Shown here piece by piece: positions 1 to 8,024 of a stretch of 22,291 bases of DNA; the first letter of the stretch is position 1, and the number at the start of each line of letters is the position of its first letter. Under the pieces are notes generated by a model. The model searched no databases and had not been told where the DNA came from. It saw only the letters and a list, made by a program, of their open reading frames with translations. The position numbers and the translations under genes are program-made. Location: the IMG/VR virus record IMGVR_UViG_3300035488_000130, positions 1 through 22,291 of that record; one strand, written 5' to 3'. The stretch comes from a virus.

Positions 1-267
1 CTCTACGAGGCTGCCGAGGGCGAACTTTTCAGGCTCCGGCATTCTTCGTACGCTGTGGCATCCAACGGCCTCCAGGAGCCTTCTGAGCGGCTCGTGGACG
101 CACTGCAGGCGGCCGCCAGGCCCATGAGCAACCAAGAGCTTTTGAGATCGTTGAACGTCGATGTAAGGGACATCGAGGCCATGAAGGCCTTGCTGGGCCA
201 GCTCCAGGCCCTGCGGGACATAGGCCTCCTGGAGGAAACGCCCATGGGGTGGAGATGGGTCAAATAG
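1..267 (+). CDS. 5'-partial protein with C-terminal winged-helix-like domain
   Basis: Frame +1 is open from base 1 (LYEAAEGELFRL...) to TAG at 265-267; the C-terminus (MSNQELLRSL...LQALRDIGLLEETPMGWRWV) has a helix-turn-helix plus wing pattern. Confidence 0.6.
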   Translation, partial: LYEAAEGELFRLRHSSYAVASNGLQEPSERLVDALQAAARPMSNQELLRSLNVDVRDIEAMKALLGQLQALRDIGLLEETPMGWRWVK

Positions 268-308
268 AAAACTATAAATACTGGTGCGCACCTATAGGTA
301 TATGCGCA
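268..308 (+). promoter_or_regulatory. Archaeal promoter (BRE/TATA) followed by a palindromic operator-like site
   Basis: GAAAAC-TATAAATA with TATA at 273-280; TGCGCA(285-290)-12 bp-TGCGCA(303-308) with the nested palindrome ACCTATAGGT (290-299). Confidence 0.55.
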
Positions 309-329
309 AAAAGCACAGGACTGAGAAAA

Positions 330-752
330 ATGGAAAGCCTACAAAGTGTTGCAAAAGCCATTGTAAAGCCAACGAATGAAGCCCGCAAAGAGATAATGAG
401 AATCTTCAGAGGGCTCGATGAGAGAAGCCGAAATACAGTATTCGTCAGTATATGGACTGGAGAAATCCAGAGCTATGCGTATTACAGATCTGATAAGGGC
501 GAATATCTCCAAAATCAGCCAAGCGACTGCTACGAATTCCATGTGAATAGGCCAAAGGCATTCGCTACCTATGCAGATGTAGATGCCCAAATCGAAGAGC
601 AATATGCTCTGGCTAGAGAGGCCATCGCAGGAGAACTCAAGATCTTGCATAGCGAAATTGGCAGGGAGATGCAGATCTGGGAAAGCTCTCAAGAATTTAA
701 TCATAGCCAAACGGCCATGGTAGAGAGGCTTGCAAAGCTGGAGGGCAACTAA
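330..752 (+). CDS. Hypothetical protein, 140 aa; start re-called at ATG 330
   Basis: ATG 330 lies downstream of the TATA box and avoids overlap with the previous gene; its TAA overlaps the next ATG (TAATG). Confidence 0.7.
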   Translation: MESLQSVAKAIVKPTNEARKEIMRIFRGLDERSRNTVFVSIWTGEIQSYAYYRSDKGEYLQNQPSDCYEFHVNRPKAFATYADVDAQIEEQYALAREAIAGELKILHSEIGREMQIWESSQEFNHSQTAMVERLAKLEGN

Positions 753-1135
753 TGCCCTCTCTTTATCGCGCCAATGTGGGCCTTGATGGCAACTCTTGGG
801 AATGGCATAAGCGCAATCCTGGCCGGCTCAGTCGACTTGCTCAGAAAGCGGTGCATTTTGAGATCGCCCTAGATGCCTTGCCAGATAGCGTAAAGGACGA
901 TTGCTTTGAAGCTGTAGCTGCAGCATTCTTCGATGGTATGGCTCTGAATGGTGCCTATGGCATCACGAATCTGGATATCGTCCGGCATGAGGCCACGGAT
1001 GAGGAGATGAGCTTGGATGCTAAGGCACTGGGCGTTCCTGTTGAGAAGCTTCTGGATGTACTACAGGATCTCTTTGATATCGAGCTGGAGGCTGCCCTAA
1101 GGCGAAAGGTGGTTCTGCGAAATGCCCGGGCCTGA
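752..1135 (+). CDS. Hypothetical protein, 127 aa
   Basis: TAATG coupling to the previous gene; 14-nt overlap with the recombinase start. Confidence 0.7.
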   Translation: MPSLYRANVGLDGNSWEWHKRNPGRLSRLAQKAVHFEIALDALPDSVKDDCFEAVAAAFFDGMALNGAYGITNLDIVRHEATDEEMSLDAKALGVPVEKLLDVLQDLFDIELEAALRRKVVLRNARA

Positions 1136-2030
1136 CATCCTCGCCCGGTTCCGCCAGGACCTCCGGCTCAGGGGTCGCGGTGCATGTGCCCTCCGGACCT
1201 ATTCCGTCCAGCTCGAGCTCTTCCGGGCCTGGCACGGGGATGCCCTTACGCACATCAGCCAAGACGACCTCAAGGCCTACCTGAGCCATCTCAGGACCAA
1301 GCGGCTCAAGACTGCCAGCATAGCAGGGGCATTTTCTGCTCTGTCGGCCTTCTGCGACTTCCTGGAGGCAGAGGGAGAGATCGATGTTAATCCCGTCCCA
1401 GCTTTCAAGAAACGCTACCTCAAGCAGTACAAGGCCGGTGTAGATAGAGATGAGAGACGCTGCATTTCGGTGGACGAGGCGGCAAGGATCATCATCACCG
1501 CCCTGGACTCCAGGAAACAGGCCATCATCATCCTGCTGGCGAAAACAGGCATGAGAGTCAATGAGCTTGCGGCACTAGACGTAGGGGATGTAGATATCGG
1601 AAAAAAGGAGATCCTCCTGAAGCCCACTCCCAAGAGGAGCAACCGGGCCCTGTTCTTCGATGATGAGGCCTCCAGGGTCCTGGCCCGGTGGCTTTCAGCC
1701 AGAGAATCCCAGGGCTATCCACCGGACAGCGGCCCGCTCTGGACGGCCATAAAGTATACCCGCCTCCACAGCAGAGGTATCGAGGATATTGTCTCTGGGA
1801 GCTCCCGCCTGGCAGGGGTAGGCGATCCGGCTCTAGGGAAGGACCATATCACGCCGCATTATTTCCGGGTCTTCTTCACCACGCACCTGTTGAGGGCTGG
1901 CATGCCCAGGCACTATGTGCAGGAGCTTAGGGGGGATTCTGGAGGCGCGGCGATCGACATATATACTAGGGTGGATCGCGAGGAGCTACGGTGCAGCTAC
2001 CTGGCCCACGTCCCGAGGCTTGGGGTTTAG
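1122..2030 (+). CDS. Tyrosine recombinase/integrase (XerC/D-like fold, archaeal 'LRGD' variant)
   Basis: N-terminal SAM-like core-binding region; catalytic motifs TGMRVNEL (R), PHYFR (HxxR) and DIYT (Y); ELRGD at the usual H/W position. Confidence 0.93.
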   Translation: MPGPDILARFRQDLRLRGRGACALRTYSVQLELFRAWHGDALTHISQDDLKAYLSHLRTKRLKTASIAGAFSALSAFCDFLEAEGEIDVNPVPAFKKRYLKQYKAGVDRDERRCISVDEAARIIITALDSRKQAIIILLAKTGMRVNELAALDVGDVDIGKKEILLKPTPKRSNRALFFDDEASRVLARWLSARESQGYPPDSGPLWTAIKYTRLHSRGIEDIVSGSSRLAGVGDPALGKDHITPHYFRVFFTTHLLRAGMPRHYVQELRGDSGGAAIDIYTRVDREELRCSYLAHVPRLGV

Positions 2031-3448
2031 GTTTCCGAAAAGGTAGATCCGGCTTGTAGAGCTGTCTTCTTCCCGGACCAGGTGCATTGCTCTGCTATGA
2101 TCGTGCTCTGCACTGGATCGGGATCCGTGGTGCAGAAGCAACCGCCAGGAGCGGTGATATTGCATCTTCTGGCAGTTGCCTTCGACTTGCCTATCGCGTG
2201 GACTCCGAACCAACCTTCCAGCTGGCAATCCTCCAGCTCGATCTCCGTTCCCTCGCCCCCATAGAAGTAAGTCGCTCCCCCGAGAGAGCTCTGTTTCTTT
2301 GTGTCACTCTTCAGGCTGGATTTTCTCACCGTGCCCCTGGCATCCCGGCAGTTGAGGCCATAGGCCTCCTTCGACTTGGAGCAGTCCATAGTCAGGCCTT
2401 CCAGCACAAAGCCTGACACATACCAGCAGTTCACCTGGCTGTCCGTCTTGCAGTTCCGCACCAAGAGATCGTTCGGCCCACGGCTTTCCCAATCGGTGTT
2501 GCCATGCAGATAGAACCCTTCTCTGCAGGTATAGGCTTCGCAATCCAGTACCTTGCTGCTTCGACAAGTGTCGAGCATGATGCCCGCAGCCACGCAATTC
2601 CTGGCCACCGTGCCCTGCACCAGCTCGTTGGTTCCCGAGTCGGAGCCATTATTCCCGAGGTATAGCCCGGCACCAGGCGAATTGATCAGCCTGACCTTAT
2701 ATCGCCCATTCGACCGCTTTGATCCCACCAGGATCAAAGCTTCGCCGTCTTCAGGCTTTTTTGAGACATACTGATACCGGCTGTTCCCGTCGATCGTCAG
2801 GCCCTCGATCGAGAAGTCCGAGTATCCCGGATTTATAGGGCCGGTGCCTCTGACCAGGACCATAGCCACATGCCGCGAAGCGCTTCGCTGCCAGGGCATC
2901 AGTCGGAGGGTCACCAGATCCTCGCCAGCGCCTAGGATATGGAACTTTTGCCGGTCCAATATCTGGATAGCCGAATAGAAGACATTGCTGCCATCCGGAT
3001 TCAGGCCGAAGGAATACGGCGCTGACAGGTCATATGTGCCCTCACCGATCCACAGGGTGCCTCCCTCCGGCACATTGTCCACAGCGGTCTTGAAGAGGGC
3101 TGCAGCGTCCGCTCGGGTGGGGATAGATGCCAGTTGCTTAGTTCCGGCCCTGGCAATGATGTTCTTTTCATTTTGCGTGACTTCGACATCATATTTGGTC
3201 GCTGGCGTGGGCTCAGGTTCTGGCTCGGGCTCAGGAACAGGCTCGGGGTCTGGGACTGGAACCGGGCAGGGCGTAGGTTCGGGCACAGGCACCGGTTCTG
3301 GGGTGGGCGACGGCACGGGAGCAAGTCCCCCAAACTCGCGGATGAGCTGGTTGAGGGCGTCGTCCCTGTTCCTGATCTTGTTTCTGACCTGATAGGCCTG
3401 CCAAATCATGACGGCCTCATCGCCGAGAGTCACCAATAGTCTTTTCAT
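2027..3448 (-). CDS. Ribbon-helix-helix-like N-terminus, Pro/Glu linker, right-handed beta-helix (pectin-lyase-like) domain; 473 aa
   Basis: Start re-called at ATG 3448 (MKRLLVTLGDEAV), which removes the overlap with the upstream gene; GGTLWIGEGTY, IEGLTIDGN and GIMLDTC are typical beta-helix motifs. Confidence 0.8.
   Translation of the reverse strand: MKRLLVTLGDEAVMIWQAYQVRNKIRNRDDALNQLIREFGGLAPVPSPTPEPVPVPEPTPCPVPVPDPEPVPEPEPEPEPTPATKYDVEVTQNEKNIIARAGTKQLASIPTRADAAALFKTAVDNVPEGGTLWIGEGTYDLSAPYSFGLNPDGSNVFYSAIQILDRQKFHILGAGEDLVTLRLMPWQRSASRHVAMVLVRGTGPINPGYSDFSIEGLTIDGNSRYQYVSKKPEDGEALILVGSKRSNGRYKVRLINSPGAGLYLGNNGSDSGTNELVQGTVARNCVAAGIMLDTCRSSKVLDCEAYTCREGFYLHGNTDWESRGPNDLLVRNCKTDSQVNCWYVSGFVLEGLTMDCSKSKEAYGLNCRDARGTVRKSSLKSDTKKQSSLGGATYFYGGEGTEIELEDCQLEGWFGVHAIGKSKATARRCNITAPGGCFCTTDPDPVQSTIIAEQCTWSGKKTALQAGSTFSET
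3200..3320 (-). repeat. Imperfect 6-nt-period repeat encoding a (P-E/V/T)n linker
   Basis: PVPSPTPEPVPVPEPTPCPVPVPDPEPVPEPEPEPEPTP; codons are synonymously varied. Confidence 0.8.
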
Positions 3449-3467
3449 TTCAATCAATTCCAGGAAT

Positions 3468-5015
3468 TTATTCGGCGTATGTCGATCCGTTACCCGCGAT
3501 GACGCGCGCAGGCAAGATCGCAGCCGGTGCATATATGGTGTTTTTTTCGATCACGTTGGATTTCGCATATCCTCCCGCGCTATCCACTTCTTTGATCCCC
3601 CACAGGAGATAATGCCGAAGGTCCACGATGATATTGTTTTTCACGATGTTATTTTCGGTATCACCCTCATCAGAGCCTTGCAGCTTGATGCCGGACCTGT
3701 GATCCCCACCGCGAGCACAATCGTATAGCTCGTTCTCTTCCACCGTGAAACCAGAGCACGCGTCTAGTGTGATGCCCTCGCTATAGCTGTAGTACCCCAC
3801 ATTCCGGGCAATGCTGCCATTTGTGGCCGCGCAGATATAGACACAATAGCCATAATCGGCCCTAGTACTGTATGCAGTATTATCCTCGATCTTCAGAGTA
3901 CCGTTCATGTTTTGGAGATTGATCCATTCGGCCCGCGTGTTCCTGATGGTGTTATGATGGATATTGATGCCGGTTGGGGTATCACCATACCCAAACCCCG
4001 AGATCCCGAAGTTCGCATAAACGCCATCCACGTCGACATAGCTGACCTCGCCCCCATCACAATCACAGAACTGGATACCATGCAGCCCTGAGCGCTTCAC
4101 GCTGCAGTAAGTCACATAGTTGCCGGTATAACTCGATCCGAGCCCGCCGTACCCCCAGAACAGGATGCCTACGCCGACCTTTTGAACCGGATCGGTATCC
4201 TCTGAGTACATGTCTTCTACATCTATCCACTTCACGAATGAGTTGACCGGATCGTCCAGCACGATGCCCGAATGCCGGTTCCCTTTGATCGTCCCTCTGG
4301 CGGTGTTTGAGGCCCCTTGCACGCTGTTTCCAGTGCCCACCAGCCAGATTAATGGTGAATCCCCGCTATCACAGTTCTCCCGGTTCCCGTCAATAGTTCC
4401 ATAGCAGTAAATGGTGTTCCCGCCAGACGGCCCATAGATGAGCGTATCCTCCAGCCCAGGATCTCTTGTCAGTGTCACCCCGCTGTTGATAGTCAGGGTC
4501 TTGCCTGCTCCGAGGATGTACTTCGCCGTTGCAGTAGTATCGCTGCTGATAGTGATATTGTCGGCGGTATAGGTCACTTCCAGGTAGCATTGGGTGACTC
4601 TTCCGCTGGTGTTGTAGATCCCTATACCGAACTCAGTTGCTGCTAGTTTGGCGGGCGTCCACCCCCCGCCAGGTGCGGTCAGTGTGGTCGAATAGTTGGC
4701 ATAGCTGGTTGTCAGGGTCTGCTCAGACCCGCTCTGCCAGCTCCCGTCAACCTTGCAGTAGGTCCGAGCCTTGGTGCTGCTGGTGACATACTTGCCCCTC
4801 CACCGGAGCACCACGCTACTAATGGTGCCTGCTGGAACGGACCGGACGTAGAATGTATTGTATTTATAGCTCGATATTCCGCCACCTGCGAGATATGTGG
4901 TATCGTCGTCGGGCGTACCGGCTGGATCGTCCACCGCCGCCCATGCGGTACCGGTGTTGGGCGAATTTTCAGCCAGCGACCCATTTTCAACCGGATAGAT
5001 TGTCAATGTTGCCAT
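3468..5015 (-). CDS. Tail spike/receptor-binding-like protein: N-terminal beta-sandwich plus parallel beta-helix repeats; 515 aa
   Basis: GGAGG precedes ATG 5015 (MATLTIYP); PbH1-type repeats (GINIHHNTIRNT, GSIARNVGY, FTVEENELY, NNIVKNNII); lies downstream of Dit. Confidence 0.75.
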   Translation of the reverse strand: MATLTIYPVENGSLAENSPNTGTAWAAVDDPAGTPDDDTTYLAGGGISSYKYNTFYVRSVPAGTISSVVLRWRGKYVTSSTKARTYCKVDGSWQSGSEQTLTTSYANYSTTLTAPGGGWTPAKLAATEFGIGIYNTSGRVTQCYLEVTYTADNITISSDTTATAKYILGAGKTLTINSGVTLTRDPGLEDTLIYGPSGGNTIYCYGTIDGNRENCDSGDSPLIWLVGTGNSVQGASNTARGTIKGNRHSGIVLDDPVNSFVKWIDVEDMYSEDTDPVQKVGVGILFWGYGGLGSSYTGNYVTYCSVKRSGLHGIQFCDCDGGEVSYVDVDGVYANFGISGFGYGDTPTGINIHHNTIRNTRAEWINLQNMNGTLKIEDNTAYSTRADYGYCVYICAATNGSIARNVGYYSYSEGITLDACSGFTVEENELYDCARGGDHRSGIKLQGSDEGDTENNIVKNNIIVDLRHYLLWGIKEVDSAGGYAKSNVIEKNTIYAPAAILPARVIAGNGSTYAE

Positions 5016-5075
5016 TTCAGATCCTCCGGCGATAGTCGACAGCAACAACAGAACGAAAAAATAATATGTGTCTCA

Positions 5076-6218
5076 TCAGCTCCTCACATAAAGATCATGA
5101 TACCTTCCAGCCATATGCAATGCGGTGCCCGCGGCCACTTCCACCGTCCACGATCCGGAATATCCGGGCTCGATCACCGGGATATCATCATCCGGCACCC
5201 AGCGACGCAACGTGATATCGATGCCGTAAAGGTACAAATCGACACCGGCAGAACCGCTCTGGAAGATCATCGTAAATTCCTTCGCCCCGGCTGCGCCATC
5301 GAAATAATAATCAGTGAGGATATCAGGCTGTATGGGTGGTCCTGCTTTCCAGTCACCCAGCTCTTCGGTCTGATACCATATCTGTGCGTCCCCGCCGACG
5401 GGGTTAAGACGCGCGTGGAGCTTGGGCGGTTCGTTGAGTGGATAGTCGCTCTGGAATGAGTACGCTATCCACTCGTTCGTCAACTTAGTGTAGCCGTTCC
5501 CATATGTAGGGGTCCCAGCGAAGTCCGCGATATCTCGTTGGGTTTTGGCGTCGTCTGTCATCAAATCGGTATATTTTTGGGTGATTCTGTTACGCAGGGG
5601 TTCAAAAATTATATTTTCGTCTGTATGAATCTCAGTGACCAGACAGATCGATCCTATTCTCGTTGAGTGGTCCGACTCGTACAGCGAATAGTTGGGGCTG
5701 GCTATCAGATGTGAGCCGTCCCACCGCCCGCCTACATAGACGATCACTGGTGCCGTGGCTAGGTCTCCCGCATTTTCGACGTCCGAAAAATCGCCCAGCG
5801 TCTCAGAATCAAATGCGGTGAACGCGTCCGAATAGAAGAAAGGATCTAGGCAATACACCTCAGCATCCGCCTGATAAAGATAATCTTCGGTGCCCATCGC
5901 AACTGCTGGGATATCGTCAGTTCCATACGCATCCGCCAGGGCAACCAGAGCATAGCGATCGTCTTTGACCGGATAGAACCGGTCGCCTTCTGTGGCGGTC
6001 TTTATGGCCCGGATTGCCGAATTCATGTCATCCCGGCTTTCGCTCGCCATTGAAAAACGATATACAAACGGGTTTTGACCAGCAAACCTCAGTTTTGTGT
6101 GGTTTCTGTTGCTTGGTAACAGCATTTTGTATGTATTTATGTCTGTAACAAGCTTCATCGTGCCCACTACCATCGATGACGCTAGATCGGTGTTGGCTAT
6201 TTTGCAGACTCTTGTCAT
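5076..6218 (-). CDS. Distal tail protein (Dit)-like with an inserted domain; 380 aa
   Basis: Dit-type motifs YCLDPFFYS, VENAGDLATAPVI and C-terminal PVIEPG...YHDLY; GGAG upstream of the ATG. Confidence 0.7.
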   Translation of the reverse strand: MTRVCKIANTDLASSMVVGTMKLVTDINTYKMLLPSNRNHTKLRFAGQNPFVYRFSMASESRDDMNSAIRAIKTATEGDRFYPVKDDRYALVALADAYGTDDIPAVAMGTEDYLYQADAEVYCLDPFFYSDAFTAFDSETLGDFSDVENAGDLATAPVIVYVGGRWDGSHLIASPNYSLYESDHSTRIGSICLVTEIHTDENIIFEPLRNRITQKYTDLMTDDAKTQRDIADFAGTPTYGNGYTKLTNEWIAYSFQSDYPLNEPPKLHARLNPVGGDAQIWYQTEELGDWKAGPPIQPDILTDYYFDGAAGAKEFTMIFQSGSAGVDLYLYGIDITLRRWVPDDDIPVIEPGYSGSWTVEVAAGTALHMAGRYHDLYVRS

Positions 6219-6227
6219 ATTTTCTCC

Positions 6228-8024
6228 TTACAACACGTCCGCTGGCAGGCGGTGCCGCCGGACTATTCTACAGTTTGCATATACCATGCATTGAGGATGG
6301 CCGGTGCAATCCGAATGGGCTCCTTCCCACTCGCCGTATTTCCTTATGAAGACTGAAATGGTAACATCTGTGCCATACGACATGTATTCTGTAATATCGA
6401 TATCATTCACTGCCGAAAATAACTGCCAATCCGTGATCCAAAGATTTTTTCCGGTGACGGCACCCACGTAGACGATGAGCATCGCCTTTTGGGGTGTCAC
6501 CGCCTGCCCCTCTGCTTGTGTAAATGACAGGCTCAGAAGAACACGATGGTTATAGTCAGCGACTGTAAGCGCAGCCGGGAAATTGACAGTCAGACCGTAG
6601 CCACTACACGATCCATGAGCATCATCCAGCATCGTGGTTGGACCGGACCCCGATTTGGTGTCCAAGTCCTCAATATAATTCTGGGACCACGCCGAGTTGA
6701 GACGGTCGAGCGAGAGCAATGCCTCTCTAGCCCATGGTTTTCTCGCGCCGAACTCGTAGGTATCCACGAACTGACCGCCCTTGATGTCCATGTCAATTGC
6801 GTGGACTTGGACAATCTCGGGCGAATGGTCCCACACTTTTACCCAGTTTCGGGGCACGGCATAATGATCTAGGGCGGTGGTTATGTTCCTGGCTTTTGTG
6901 TTTCGGCGAACTGCATACTCTTCGTCAACAAAATGTTGCATCGTCCCATTGGCGTCAACAAAACCGTCTGTAATATCCAATGTGGAAAAAAAGTGGCGAC
7001 CCTTTTTCAGCCACAAATCTTGCTTAGTGTATTCCTGCCGGGAGGTACCGGGCGAACCTGCGCCGAGGCCAACGACGGCTGTAACCTCCATATCGTCGCC
7101 ATAGGATATTTCTCGTTCAAGGATATCCGAATTTTTGATATCGAACAGTCCATAAGTCTGGCCTTTCCCATTGTTTGAAAGTACATCTAGATATGTGTAC
7201 TCTGATTCGTATCTCCAAACGGGGTATCTACCATGCCCAATCGCAAACGTAAGTAGCGTTTCGCCGATCAGCTTCTCAGTATCGACGATGAAGTCTCCTG
7301 ATAACTCGATCTCCGGATGATCGATCGAGCCCGCCCTGATGTTCGTGTCGAACGCATTTTCTACGTAGATACGAGCATAATAATCTTCTACAAAACCATC
7401 AGACAGATGGATCCAGAGTTTGTTGTCCTCATAAAAATATGAGCTCTGGTTGGACACGAGCGCGACTTTGCTGGTCCGCTCAGTCAGAGCCGTGCCATTG
7501 GCATAAACGGGTTTGTCATAGAGACAGCTCCTGGTTCCGCCCTCGTCTAAATACCATATGTGGTCCCCGAGATTGAGAGGATCTTCGACCCATGCCCTTG
7601 GGGGAATAAGCGAATTTGCTGCCCACAACAGGCCTTCATTATTGGCAACTCCGTATGTGTCAGGCGTGCCCGATGGCACGTCGTCCGAAAAGGGATGGAT
7701 GAAACAATGGTCGGCATGCTTGTAAATGAGATTTGGACATACTCGCCAGTTGAGCATATCCTCCTCTCCTTGCAGGGATATCTTCCATTTGCCTTCGATC
7801 CTATTTTCGACCAGCCTGTTAACATATCCTCGAAAAACGCATCCTCCCGCGCGATTGATCGTCAGTCCTGCGCCCATCCTAACCGGACATTCGCTGGGGA
7901 CTTCCAAGACGGCACTGCTGGGGGTGACCGGATCTATGACCCGCGAAACTCGTCCGGACACTATCGGTACCGGGTCCCACGTATCTGAGCCGGGATTCTG
8001 GATTTTGGCGGTTGCGTCGGCCAT
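6228..8024 (-). CDS. Baseplate hub/Tal-like tail tip protein; 598 aa
   Basis: Start at ATG 8024 via TGATG overlap with tape measure; hub-type motifs TINRAGGCVFRGYV...ISLQGEEDMLNWR and EVTAVVGLGAG. Confidence 0.7.
   Translation of the reverse strand: MADATAKIQNPGSDTWDPVPIVSGRVSRVIDPVTPSSAVLEVPSECPVRMGAGLTINRAGGCVFRGYVNRLVENRIEGKWKISLQGEEDMLNWRVCPNLIYKHADHCFIHPFSDDVPSGTPDTYGVANNEGLLWAANSLIPPRAWVEDPLNLGDHIWYLDEGGTRSCLYDKPVYANGTALTERTSKVALVSNQSSYFYEDNKLWIHLSDGFVEDYYARIYVENAFDTNIRAGSIDHPEIELSGDFIVDTEKLIGETLLTFAIGHGRYPVWRYESEYTYLDVLSNNGKGQTYGLFDIKNSDILEREISYGDDMEVTAVVGLGAGSPGTSRQEYTKQDLWLKKGRHFFSTLDITDGFVDANGTMQHFVDEEYAVRRNTKARNITTALDHYAVPRNWVKVWDHSPEIVQVHAIDMDIKGGQFVDTYEFGARKPWAREALLSLDRLNSAWSQNYIEDLDTKSGSGPTTMLDDAHGSCSGYGLTVNFPAALTVADYNHRVLLSLSFTQAEGQAVTPQKAMLIVYVGAVTGKNLWITDWQLFSAVNDIDITEYMSYGTDVTISVFIRKYGEWEGAHSDCTGHPQCMVYANCRIVRRHRLPADVL

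Noticed and set aside
3200-3320. Linker repeat as a phase-variable or contingency tract
   Set aside because: Units are synonymously diverged with no perfect run, and 6-nt slippage would keep the frame
2985-3392. Plus-strand ORF with a GSGSGTG repeat
   Set aside because: Simply the reverse complement of the Pro/Glu linker
3449-3532. Longer ORF-track starts (also 249, 5048, 8090, 15942, 19069, 20294, 21052, 21935)
   Set aside because: They overlap neighbouring genes or lack SD/coupling; downstream starts fit SD motifs, ATGA/GTGA overlaps or signal peptides better
5050-5075. T-rich tract after Dit as a terminator
   Set aside because: Short T-run (TATTATTTTTTCG on minus) is compatible with an archaeal terminator but too common to support without transcript data
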